Origin: Eledone cirrhosa
Lineage: Eukaryota
Assembly (NCBI GenBank): GCA_964016885.1
Contig: OZ024740.1
Coordinates: 352,718,001-352,782,000 of the forward strand
DNA length: 64,000 bases
Direction: 5' to 3'
The position numbers and the translations under genes were made by a program. Under the pieces are notes generated by a model. It was given only the letters and a program-made list of their open reading frames with translations. It did not search any database and was not told the DNA's origin. Below are positions 14,400-27,300 of this stretch, piece after piece (the first letter of the stretch is position 1; every line of letters begins with the position of its first letter).

Positions 14400-14830
14400 G
14401 CAGTCACCTGATCAGTCTAACCTCTACTTTGGTCTACTCCTACTGTGTTTTCCTTCCAATGACATTTCTTCTCCAAGCGGTCATTGTCCATACTAATGCA
14501 GTCTTCTCTCCTGCTCACCACCTCGGATCCCTCATAAATCCAGCTTCTTCCATAGCTTGTCCAATCTCTTCCTTTCTCTCACACTTACATTGCACATCCA
14601 ACAAAGCATGGTTGCTTCCATTCTCTTCAGTCTATGCATGTCCTCTGCAGTCACAGCCCATGTTTCACTATCATGCAGCATTGCACTTCACACACAGGTG
14701 TCATACAGTTGTCCTTTTGTTGTGAACAGGAGGAGTAGTTCTCTAAACTTCCATCCTATCCTTATTCTAGCTGTTATACTTCTGATTTCTCCTACTCTGC
14801 TGCTAATTAAATCACCTAGATAACATATCA
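14400..14830 (-). mobile_element. RTE LINE C-terminal fragment
   Basis: Similar to the C-terminal parts of the other RTE copies (AMLHDSETW motif on minus strand). Confidence 0.75.
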
Positions 14831-15007
14831 GAAGCTATCAGCCTCTTCTATTGACCTAAAAAGCACAACCAATATATAAACATATATATATATATATATA
14901 TAATATGTGTGTGTGTTAATGACATCCTAACATAAATTACTATAATAATAGTTAATTACTATAAACAATAGTTTAGAAAATTGGGTAAAGTGACCCTAGA
15001 GACAGAG

Positions 15008-15078
15008 GCACCTGCGGGAAATTTAACCCCACACCTCTCTAATGCCAGGCAAGTGTATTAACCACTATACTAAAGAGC
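15008..15078 (-). pseudogene. Degenerate tRNA-like sequence (Asp/Gly-like), probably part of a repeat
   Basis: Minus strand GCTCTTTAGTATAGTGGTTAATACACTTGCCTGGCA...GGGGTTAAATTTCCC shows A-box and degenerate B-box; acceptor stem is broken. Confidence 0.55.
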
Positions 15079-15548
15079 TGCTACTCACCAATTCCGTCTT
15101 CTTAGGAGATTTTAATCATTGAGGACATTTAAAATGTGTGTCCCCACCCACCACAAATGACCATAATAGTCAATCACTATAGTAGTTGAGAAAGTAGAAC
15201 AACTGCATAGAGGCTTCCTTGTTGGTCTGCATTGAAGCTCTCAAATCATTGGTTGTCTGAGTAACAGTCCTCCATATATCAGCAACATGGACTGGAGCAA
15301 TAGATCTGTAGATCGTATCTTCTTCTTGTTGGTGGTGGTGGTGGTTGTGGTCGTGGCGGTGGCGGCTCTCTAATCTTTGAGCTATGCACCTCTATTGAAT
15401 AATATTACTCCAAAGACCATTTTATTCACTTAAATTTGGTATTCGTGCCAACCCTTGTATTTAGTTGTTCAGCTAAATACCTATGTGCCATTGGTCTGAC
15501 CTGGATCTAATCTACACATCAACCATAGTTTGAATCATTAGTGGCTAA

Positions 15549-15767
<219 letters not shown>

Positions 15768-16469
15768 TAAGATATGATGTGATTGTTGAATATTTAATGT
15801 TTATTGTATAATAAGTTAAGGAGTTGAAATATTAATAATAATTTATAATTTCTAAAAATCTTTGATTTGAAACAAACTCTGATTGTATTCAAATAACCTA
15901 TTCGTGCTTACATACAATTCTGTTAACTAGGTTTGAACCCAGAACATATTTCTAATGCGTGTCATAGAACAGAGGCATGGGGTTTAGGTATTGGAAATAA
16001 GGTTTTGTGTTCAAAATCAGCCTAGGGAAATATATGTGAAAATGATTGGTCTGTGGAATATTCAGCCACTTGCATGTTATTCTGTTGATTGAATCACTAA
16101 ATTCATATAAACCTTGTGATAGGACCTCAAGGTACATAACTCTGTTTATCTGTACCGAATTAGTAATAGGTTTCACTTCTATAACTTCATGATTGAATGA
16201 TTAATAGAAGGAAGAGATATCCTGTTGTAGAAAACAATTTCTCCATCTGTGCTGCCATGAAAAATGGTTGTATAACAAAATATTTTTTTAAATGTGATGA
16301 CAAGGAAAAGAATAGCCTATATAATTGTAATTGTTAGCAACAATAGTGAGAAAAAAACCTGTCAAATTTATGCTTCTTCAACTTTTGCATTTAATATATT
16401 TCTTTTTTTTTCTTTTACTCTTTCTTTATATAACATCATCCTCATACGTCCACTTTTCCCTGCTTGCAT

Positions 16470-16803
16470 GGAGGCACATGGCTTAGTGGTTAGAGCATTG
16501 GCCTTGCAATCGAAAGGTTGTGAGTTCAATTCTCAGACCGGGTGATGTGTTGTTTCCTTGAGCAAGACACTTTATTTCACATTGCTCCAGTTTACTCAGC
16601 TGTAGAAATGAGATAAGGACTGGGGTCCCTATTATTCCACTGCAAGGTGGTCGTGGAGGTGTCATGGGAAAAAAGCATCCAGCACTCACTGTAAAATGAG
16701 GTTGGTGTTAGGAAGGGCATCCAGCTGTAGAAATCAAGCCAGAATCAGTTCCTGTCCCACCCTTGCAAGCAGGGAAAAGCAGACCTAAAATGATGATGAT
16801 GAT
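16470..16803 (+). mobile_element. tRNA-headed SINE with RTE-derived 3' tail
   Basis: A-box TGGCTTAGTGG, B-box GAGTTCAATTC, core TCCTTGAGCAAGACACTT, then RTE tail and (ATG)n; near-identical 5'-truncated copy at 29353-29672. Confidence 0.85.
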
Positions 16804-17020
16804 ATATATATATATAGTGTCCAAAACCTTAACATTCGTTTCCTATTATTTTAAATGTTAAATTAATATATTTCTTTGTTGTACAGTGTTGTTTGCTTTG
16901 TTATACATAGCCCTTGCTAGAAGGGAAAGCGGGCGTTAAAACAATGATGATGATATATTTTTTTTTTTTGTGTGTGTGTATATATGTATATATATTTATA
17001 TAATATTTTTCCCATTCCAG

Positions 17021-17237
17021 TCAAATGACAAGTATAACACAGAATGATATAATCAGTACACTACAGTCCTTAAACATGGTGAAATATTGGAAAGGGCAGC
17101 ATGTGATTTGTGTTACTCCCAAATTAGTTGAGGAACATTTGAAAAGTGCACAGTACCGTAAACCAGTCTTGATGGTTGATCCTTCTTGTCTGAGATGGGA
17201 GCCCCCTCGAAAAATGCCCAAGACAACTAAGAAATGA
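17021..17237 (+). CDS. KAT8: KAT8/MOF last coding exon to TGA
   Basis: ttccag|T CAA ATG...; [48 protein letters not shown]...KK*. The nine exons total 1169 nt, and with 1 nt from the upstream exon this is 390 codons, so the frame is consistent. Confidence 0.98.
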
Positions 17238-18110
17238 ATTACAAGCACTCTTTTATTAATCAGGAATTTAAAACTAAGATATTGTCATTATTAGTCAATA
17301 TATCAAGATTCGCTTTTTTTAAAACCTTATGATGGGAGGAAAAAAGAAATCAGCATTTACTGACCAACGGGATATTGCATAGAAACATACATATATATAT
17401 ATGATATGATATCTGTTGAGAGCTCCACAAAGAAGTTTTATGCTTAAGGAAAGTGTTGGACATTCTGAGATGTACTTTCTGATTACTTTCATGGTACCTC
17501 AGTTTGATAAATTTCACTGCACATATTAGGTTGCTGATATTTCAAGAGCTCAAAAGCCAAAAAAAAATAATTAATAAATAAAATAAAAAGACAAAAAAAG
17601 AAAAAGCTTAAAAGAAGAAATTTTTATTTTATAAAAAAAATTGTTTTAGCAAGAAGAAAATGGTATTTCCAACTACTCAATTTTTCTTCAATTTGTTTAA
17701 ATTCTGTGATAAAATGTTAATCTTTGGCTGTACATTTAACATATCTAATATGAGCTGAACCCTGAGGCTCCACTGCTTTTTCCAACCCCTCAGGGATTTG
17801 GAGCTTCACATTTCTTTTGTGTTGAAGGGAACAGTTTGGTGTTTGATATTCAAGCCACTGAATTTTCTTTGTGGGATTGCCTAAACACTATATGTAGATT
17901 CTTACTGTTTGTAAAGTCTTTGTGTTCAAGAACATGAAATAACGTGACCCAAAAAAATAAATGGAAAGAAAACAGGATAAAGAAATTCTATTCCAGTTTT
18001 CCTGTCTTGAAAAAAATAGACAATAACAATGAAAAAAGACAACTTTTTTTATAATTACATCTTTTCATTTTCATTTTATTAGTGAATAAATATTCATATT
18101 TCATCAAATT
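17238..18110 (+). other. Probable KAT8 3' UTR with candidate polyadenylation signals
   Basis: Repeat-free AU-rich sequence after the stop; AATAAA at about 17573-17587, 17956-17961 and 18085-18090; the true end cannot be determined. Confidence 0.55.
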
Positions 18111-19499
18111 TCATAATAATCTAAATGTTTCTTTTCTTCCATTTTGCCATTCTGAATTTGTCGTTACAAATGCCACCAGTACAATTTCTACAGATCTTGA
18201 TCCACTTCAGACTTTCTAACCTGTAGCATTATTGGATTCTATCCTTTGAAGGCTTTAACAAAAATAATGTTCAAGCAAACTACACATTCTATGCCTGAGC
18301 CATGCCAAGTTTGCAAATGAACATCCAATCTTCCATTTGCATCGTTAGCCTTCTTAAAAAAACTATTTTCCACACTTCACACAATGTTTCAAGCAAAGTA
18401 CAATACTCTCTTATCTCTACACCTGGACAAAGTCAAGTTGCAACTGAACTTGCGACAGCCTTCTAATAAAACGTTTAACTTTGACATTATGGCAAATTAT
18501 TTAACAGCGTTTGCTATGTGAATATTCTAGCAAACCTTGTTGCTTATGGATGCATCGAGATCAGGAGCTTTATGTCAGATCACACCCTCATGGTCAGAAG
18601 TAGTTCTTTCCATCTCTTACTCTACCAAATCAGATTCAATCATCTTACTTGCATCACTTTAATCACACATCCTTCTGTACAATTGACATCACATTTTGCA
18701 GTTGACTAAATTTTCCATGCATATGAACACACAGTCCACATACACTCAACACTTGCCAAACCCTTTATCTCCCTTCTCCTGTTACTACAATAGAAATTAA
18801 AGCATGACAACATCCTGCAATGAAGACTTTGCAATCTAGACTCATTAATCAACACCATAATTTTTGTGAACCGTATGCAACTGAAATCATGATTCACTGT
18901 AAATATCAGGGCTTGCAATCTCTGATAACCTTTCATCTTGTATTCTTTGTCTAGTCAAAATTGCTATACAAAGATTTTTTTTCCTTTTTTGACTATAAAC
19001 TGCTGATACATTTATTAACTGTATTTAAAGCACCAATATTCTCTATATTTATATATCACTTAAATATTTGGAGGGACAGTGTCCCAATCATGTCTAAGAT
19101 ATTGAAAAATGCCATCTACCTGACAGCATATGTTTCACAAAATCCAAGAGGAAGGTCATTTACTTCACATAATATCAAATCTGAGATTTTGAGAACAATA
19201 CTTTAATATCAGTATGAGTAGCAAGTTACAAAAAGAGGTTAGAGAATTCTGTCCAGATAAGCCGGTTTAAATGCTAAAAGGTTAATTGATTGTTAAAAAC
19301 TCAATTGCTAATAGACTTCAGCAACTATTTCAGACATGCTGTTTACTCTCTTTGACTCTCCAATCCCTTCTACAATAGCTTCTACTCTTCTGAAGTAATA
19401 CTCAACTCTTCCCATCGACCTTATTGTGTATCACCTCCTAGTCCTAACACAAAATACTTTATACAATCCTTCCTTCCAAGATCAGCATTGCTCTGCTAG

Positions 19500-19760
19500 A
19501 TTCAAAAGGTTTTTCCTCTCAAAATGAAGGGCAGATTATATGATGCATGTATATGAATGGCAATGCTGCATGAAAGTGAGACCTGGATGCTGTGTGCAGA
19601 GGAAGCTTGCATGCTTCGATGGATATGTAATAGTAATATACATGAATGGCAAAGCGTAAATGAACTGAGAGAGAAACTGGATATAAGAAGGGTCAAATGC
19701 AGTATGGAGAGGAGATTGTTGTGGTATAGCCATGTGATGTAAATTGAAGATAACTATAGA
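19500..19760 (+). mobile_element. RTE LINE C-terminal fragment
   Basis: AMLHESETW...MLRWICN...LREKLDIR...RRLLWYSHVM. Confidence 0.8.
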
Positions 19761-20302
19761 AGGGGAAGTACTAGGTGCATTTATTGTGCAGATCACCAAC
19801 ACTAGAAAAATGTTCTTAATGCAACAGAAGTGCCTTGCCAACCCTTTTTTGACAAGCTTTCTATGACTGGATGTTTTTCTTATCACCAACCACTTTACAG
19901 GGTGTATTGTGTGCATTTATCGTGTAGATTATCAATATTAGAGAGGTTGTTGCTCTGTTGACGCAACTGAAGGGACTTCTCAACACCTTTAACATGGTTT
20001 CTACAGCGATGTGCTCTTTCTGTCACCAAGCACCTTACAGGGGATATAGTGATGGTGAGAATACCTATCAATGTATATGTATATGTGTGTGTGTGTGTAT
20101 TTTTTTTTCCATTTTTTGCTTCTCATTCATCATCGTGAGAGGTTTCATTTTTTGATAGTTTGAAACTCTTCTCCTTCTGGCATCTCGTTGCAATTTTTGT
20201 CTTCCTCTTCCTCTCCTTCACCCAACATCATTATCACCATCCTCATTGCCATCAAATTCAAGTGCAGACTCATGTGTCTACATCTATATATATGTGTGTG
20301 TG

Positions 20303-20333
<31 letters not shown>

Positions 20334-21034
20334 ATAAACAGGATTGAGTACAATACTCTTTGTCTTGCTAAACTAATCACCATAAGTGAGTGGATCTTTT
20401 TTGCACAGTTGTGATCTTTGCATCACCAAAGCTCTACACATTTTTAATAGTAGACCCCAGGTAATTAACAAATGCTCAGACCTCTTTAACCCTTTAGCAT
20501 TTACATTACACAATATTTACTATCATATCTTCACAGTAAACGCTTTACTTCACATAATTATCTCACATAATATCGAATCTATGAGATTTTGATATTATTT
20601 ATTTTGAGAACAATACCTTAACATGAGTATGAGTGGTCAATTACTGCTGGTTTGAACAGAAAGAGGTGAGAGAATTCTGGCCGGATACGGCTGATTTAAA
20701 TGCTAAAAGGTTAACACTAGTAGGCATAATACATCTAAAACTTTCCTTAAAATATATAGTTAGCCTACCACATTTTAACCTAATCAATTAACCATGAAAC
20801 CTTCTGGTGTGTCAATATATGCCTCTCTTTCTTTACAACTGTCCAGCCTTCCAACATACATTAGACAGATATACTACCTCACTTATAATACAGTGATTAA
20901 TCAAACTTTCTACAAATCAATTTGTTAGTCGCCTGAATCAGTAGACACCAAAAGACAGTATGTGGTGAATATGAGGACAGTAAGATAACAAAAATTCCCC
21001 TAAATTACTGGCCTTGTGCCTATACTAGAAATCA

Positions 21035-21790
21035 TTATTTGTGGAAATGTTTGAGGTGCTGGATATACCGACAGTATGTTGTCCATGTTTTCACATCCAT
21101 ACAGCAAGGCTGTAGGCACCCATGCTTCATACACTTCAACATTTGTGTGCACACTGATATTTGACAATGACGACAGGTGCTTCTCCTGCTTACCAAAAAC
21201 ATTGAAGCTTTAGACAGCTGGTAGCTTACTTCTTCATCAAGGGTGCTGGCTTTGGAGAGAGTATTACACAGGTAGATGCACTTAGCTACAACCTTCAATA
21301 TTTTCTCTTTGACAGATTTAAATGGTGGAATATATGGCATTCTGGGTGCATGCTAGTACATCACCACTGTCTTTTTCAGGCTGATTGTCAGCCCAAACTC
21401 ATCACAAGCTGATGAGAAACAGTCCATCAGAAGTTGATGGTCTTCTGTGTGGCTAACAAGATCATGTATCAGTGCAATTATGTTTTTGATCATCAAATGT
21501 TAAAGAGCCTTTCTGTTGTTTACTACTGTATGCCAACATCGGTGTTTGGAAATGCTTTTAACAAAACAGCTGCAAAGAAGATGGCAAACAAAGTTGGAGT
21601 GAGTAGGTCACCCTGTTTCACACCTGTTGCAACTGAGAAAGAATAGGAGCTTGCCATTCATGCAAACCCATGTTCTCATGTCATCATGCAATGAATGTTT
21701 TAACTTTGTAAATTTCTCAGGGCAATCCAGCTTCAAGAGTATACTTCTCAGCTGGAGAAGACTTTCAAAGATTGTAAGGTGTGGGTGCAG
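21035..21790 (-). mobile_element. RTE-BovB-like LINE RT fragment, a different RTE family
   Basis: Minus-strand frames give CPEKF...LHDDM, GVKQGDLLTPTLFAIFFAAVL, FGLTISLKKTVVM and YL..TLS...LDEEV. Confidence 0.82.
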
Positions 21791-23504
21791 CGAGAACTCA
21801 GAGCAGCAAAATATTGATGGTCGCATGATAAAGGGTATCACATACAAGTCTCAAGAGAAAAACAAGATGCTACATTACAAAGCTACATCTTTACTCCACT
21901 GCAGTCAAAGAATGGAAACAAAGTATTGTGTAAGCTCTCCACTATCAACCTGAAAATGCAAGGCCACTACAACAAAGCTACACAGGACGAGGAGGAATTA
22001 AAGTCTGTGAGTCAAAATCAATATGGGACCTGGGTATTGACATGAGCAATGATGAATCATTTCATGCACACAGCAACTGGGCCCATGCTGTTCACCCACG
22101 GGACACCAGTTGGAGAGACACCTTCAGCATTATTCTTGATATTATTTCTATTCAATTGTTTTCCATTTCTCTCAAAATAAGGTTACTGTTGAAGAGCTGC
22201 CAACCATCAGTTTCTTTTTTCAAGGCACCATCTCTAGAGAGTATTTTAAACAATTCAAAGCCCCCCCCCCCCCACACACACACCCAACCTTAAAATTTAG
22301 GTGAGCTATCCTGTGCTGGACACAAACCCAGTACTCTAATAATATCATTGACGATGGTGATATATTAGATCCGATAGGAAAGGGCATCCAGTCATAGAAA
22401 CCATACAAAACTGGAACGTAAGTAAACAGCTTGTTTGTAAGTACTGACTTGGTTCATAATGGAAAAACGAACGTTAAATAATGATGACGATAATGAAAAT
22501 ATATTATTTGAGAGGTGTCAATTCTCTTCGCACCTTCTATAGCTGTAATTAAGTCTTTTAATTTTTGATTTCTTTGAATAAAATCTTTCAAGTGAAAGGA
22601 GTGAATCTGTCGTTGGTTCACGCAACCTCCTTTATACAGGACGTTTATTGTAGTGGTAACTTTTCTTGAACATTTTTCATGTGCCTCTTTGACCACAGCT
22701 AATCGGATCAGAGATAAATACTATAGAAGTATGTGTTGTGTCTAGAAACACAATCAAATAACCTAATGAGGATCGGAACTGACGATGCCGGTCGACAAAT
22801 AAGAATAATGAGGTATCAGGCGAACGTACCCGAATTATTTATTGATTGGGTGTGACAGTTTTCATCATAGTTCACGTTAACCTGCACTCATTGGCTATTA
22901 CTTAACCTCTACGACAGGATCATCACCCAATAGAATTGTTCCACGTCATATGAAAGCCTTCGCGGTTGATGCACAAGATTATGTTAGTGCTGTAATGATA
23001 ACTTTCTTTCGAATATAAAATTCGAAATAAAAAAAAAATTAAATTAAAAACATATATAATAATATATAAAAATATTATATAAATATAGTATATAGAATAT
23101 ATAAACATTGTATATAAAAATACTTTCATTTTGATATTTCCTTTTCTTTTAATTTGTTTCATATTTTTAAACGGTTCAAATTTTAGTAAGGAATTTCTTT
23201 TTTGTTTCGTCATTGCGCTCTAATCCCATGTAACGTAACCACTATATAGATAGATAGATTTCTTTATTAGCCACAAGGGCGCAACAAGAAAGGGGACAAT
23301 ACAAAGACTATATAGATAGATATTTATTAAAATAACAGATTAAAGTTTAATAAATATTTGCTCTACGGTTCTTATATATTTGATATATATTTATCCTTAT
23401 CGAGCCCTCTTTGGATTTTAGTCTTCAAATTTATTATTATTACTATATATATATATATATATATAAACATAGATTTTCTCTCTCTCTATATATATATACA
23501 TAAA

Positions 23505-23535
<31 letters not shown>

Positions 23536-23789
23536 TTTTTAATACTTGGGGAGGGTCATATTTGTGTAATATTGCCAGAATTAATAATAAATATGACCCT
23601 CCCCAAGTATAACAATATGTTTCGACACACGATTTTATATCAAAAACCTCGCAAAACTAATTCATCGCCGTTATATATGCCGAGGTTAACTTTGCCTTTC
23701 ATCTTTACGGGGTCGATAAAATAAAGTACCAGTAATGTACTGAGTAATTGCTGGCCTTGTGCCAATAGTAGAAACAGTTATATATATAT

Positions 23790-23920
23790 ATATACTAAAC
23801 AGAGAGGAAGATTTATATATATATATACATAAACGGCGAGGGATATATATATATATATATATAAACAGAGAGAGAGAGATTTATTTATATATATATATAT
23901 ATATAAACAGGGAGAGAGAG

Positions 23921-23964
<44 letters not shown>

Positions 23965-24056
23965 AGAGAGAGAGAGATTTATTTATATATATATATATAT
24001 AAACAGGGAGAGAGAGATTTATATATATATATGTATATATAAACAGGGAGAGAGAG

Positions 24057-24089
<33 letters not shown>

Positions 24090-24144
24090 AACAGAGAGAG
24101 AGAGATTTATTTATATATATATATATATAAACAGGGAGAGAGAG

Positions 24145-24175
<31 letters not shown>

Positions 24176-24290
24176 AACAGAGAGAGAGAGATTTATTTAT
24201 ATATATATATATAAACAGGGAGAGAGAGATTTATATATATATATATGTATATATAAACAGGGAGAGAGAGATTTATATATATATATGTAT
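23790..24290. repeat. Minisatellite: about 13 units of (TA)n-AAACAG(G/A)GAGAGAGAGATTTA(TT)
   Basis: Directly visible tandem units with a variable TA tract. Confidence 0.92.
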
Positions 24291-24923
24291 GTATACACGT
24301 GTGTGGCCACAAACATGAGGAACTACTGCTGTTTTTTTCCTCTTTTTTCAGCAACAGTGAGTGGCGGTGAGAGATAAGGTTAGAAGGTACTTACACCTTT
24401 CTGCTTACAACCACCGCAATGCTGTTAGTGTATCTTCCTTCACGACGGCACGCCATCATCACTGCGCTTTATTAGGATTTATTTACCATTTATGTGGTTG
24501 CTATTTGCCTACATAGGCTGAAGGTGCGTAACACTACTCCTTTTTCTAAATTTCATCCTTCTTTTGTTTGAAACTTTATCAAAAATAAAGATAAAACTAC
24601 CCTTCGAAATCACAAACGACAACAAATCAACTTCAGTCTTTTTCTAGACATGTTTTTATAGTATTTATATTTTTTTGCGGTTTCTCCGCCTTGATGCTTG
24701 CCGCTTCTTTACTTCCTCATAGGAATATATCCTATTCTAGAATAATAACTACTAAATAATAAACCCTTTCTCATCACTGTATATTTATTCATCATTTGTA
24801 TATTACAGTATTATGTTTACTACGAGTTTCCTTTAATTTTTATATACAACATAATATATTTTCATTGTGGGGATTTCCAGTTTCGAAACCCACGTCTCGT
24901 CTCCTTTATCCTGACAGCTACGA

Positions 24924-24960
<37 letters not shown>

Positions 24961-25704
24961 GACTTCTTTTTTCAATCTCTGGTATCTCGGGTAAGATAAG
25001 GTAGACAAGCTGTACCTGTAATTGAAAGGGCTATCTATCAATATCAGTGCCATCGATTCTATGTTAACCCCTTTGATACCAAACCGGTTCTACTTCTATG
25101 AAATAAAACTACCTACTTCAAAGGGTTCCTATTTCCAACGTAATTTCATATAAGTATTTGTTATGTTACAAATACTATCTTAGTAATGAAATAATGAATA
25201 ATTTATATACATTTCTTCAAATTCTTCGTTAATTAATCTAGATAGAGTGTATTTCATTAGAAATATGGCCATGAAAGGGTTAAGAGTACAAGTGTGTGGA
25301 ATACTCAAGCACACTATAATTCAATGCGTTAGTTCATTTGTTCGAACAAGAATGCTCCTCACCGTCGAAACTGACGGAGTTCCACATACCTTTTTCTTTT
25401 TTACTAACTGTATATGTATATCTGTATGTATAACTCATTCAACTTAGCATTCGGCTTGTTTAGAAATTCAATTTCCAAGAATTCTGATAAACCTGATGAT
25501 TACAGACATGTCTACTTTATTCGGTAAAAGCATTCGTTTTCTTATTTTGCTCTCTCACTAACATATGTTTCCGATTCATATTTGAAATATTTCAAACGTC
25601 AAGTAATATTATCAGTCTATTTTGTTACTATCCTTATGTATGATTAAATCTCTATGGATATCTATCTTACACAGTAAGCATGTGTCTATAAATGACCCCA
25701 CCCA

Positions 25705-25872
<168 letters not shown>

Positions 25873-26269
25873 ATGAATCGGGCGAGATATTTTCATTTTC
25901 TCCATTCAAAATCTAATGTCAATGACACCCATATATTGGATGGCAGGTTTCGGTTTTATATTAAAGAAATAGTATCGTTTACTAGACAGTAAGTTATGGT
26001 ATAAACATGCTTTCATCTAAATGTAATAATATTTAGATCAAGAAGAATTCCTGTCTAGTGTCGGTAAAATTTCAGGCCCAGTGTCAGAAGGTTTAGAAGA
26101 TCTTGTGAACCTTCTTTCTGACAATCATATGCACCGGACTGACCAATTTTGATGAATCTAATTTTAAAACACTCGATCTTGTGAGTCTCCGAGCAACTAA
26201 CATTTCACGCAACGTGGAAGAAATATTTTTACTTATGATTCCGAACAAATGCAATTATTGCTTTCAACT

Positions 26270-26625
26270 TTATTTGATGGAGCCAGTAGGATTGTCTATG
26301 GTCGATGAGAAAAAGCTAGAGGTAGATGCTTCATGGGACGCCGCTACTAGCAACTCATTTGCTCCATCATACATCCTAAATGATGCCGTAAAGGTATGGT
26401 TTGCTGCATACACAGTCAAATGGAACAAACTACTGAAATATCGTAATTTGTCGTTGATTTACATTTTTCAGCCCATGGAATTTGAGCGTTCCGTGGTGCT
26501 GTGGCGCTGACAACGAAGTTTTTGTCATCGTTAGCGGTTCGTCATCCTGAAGTATCAGGTGATATAGGAGAGGATGCTTGGCTATTACAGCGCCTCAGTC
26601 TCCCTATCACCTGCAGTAATGCCTT
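26270..26625 (+). mobile_element. CRE-like non-LTR retrotransposon, restriction-like endonuclease fragment
   Basis: MEPVGL...WDAATSNSFAPSY...KYRNL..IYIFQPMEFE and ..EVSGDIGEDAWLLQRLSLPITCSNA resemble the RLE C-terminus of CRE-clade elements (EP.GL, WDAT, F.P.A.ET, QRLS.A.QRGNA); frameshifted. Confidence 0.72.
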
Positions 26626-26899
26626 ATATTTTGGATTGCCTCAACATTTTTTAGAGGGAACACTAGCATTCCCTGTTGTGTGTAATTGAGTGAGTGTGTA
26701 TCCCCCTTTTTTTGTTTGTAAATTTTGGATTCATTCTTATTGTTATTGATCATTAGCTTTGTCGATTGTACGCTTATGCAAATTTTATCGGTTACAAATA
26801 AAAACATTTTCGAATTTGTTTTGAGTAACAATGTGGTGATGACGGTATGCATGCATGTGTTTGTGTTTGCTTTGTTATTTCTGTTTGCCTTTTGCACAC

Positions 26900-27156
26900 A
26901 CATATATATATGTATGTGTGTATGTATGTATGTATGTATGTATGTATGTATGTATGTATGTATGTATAAGTATATATGAATGCATATGTAAAGGTATTTA
27001 TATGTATGTATGTGTATATACATGTATGCTTGATGTGATATTTTTTGCGATGCATGGTATTGCTAGTCATAGGCAAGTCGCTAGCAGGACCAAAAAAACC
27101 ACGTCCGTAAAATATCAAGCGATGGCATTACTCGAAATCGAGTTGCAGCCATCATG

Positions 27157-27191
<35 letters not shown>

Positions 27192-27300
27192 GTATGTATA
27201 TGTATACTCATGTATGTATATGTATATACATGTATGTGTATGTATATGTATATGTATAGTTTGTATATATATATATGTATATAAATATGTATATGTATAG
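26900..27300. repeat. (TATG)n/(TA)n microsatellite tracts
   Basis: Visible. Confidence 0.9.

Noticed and set aside
15008-15078. Functional tRNA gene
   Set aside because: The acceptor stem and T-loop are disrupted.
22771-22835. Hammerhead-like CTGACGA-t-GCC...GGC-GAAC-GTA
   Set aside because: GAAA is incomplete, there is no helix III, and stem I is out of register; at most a decayed relic.
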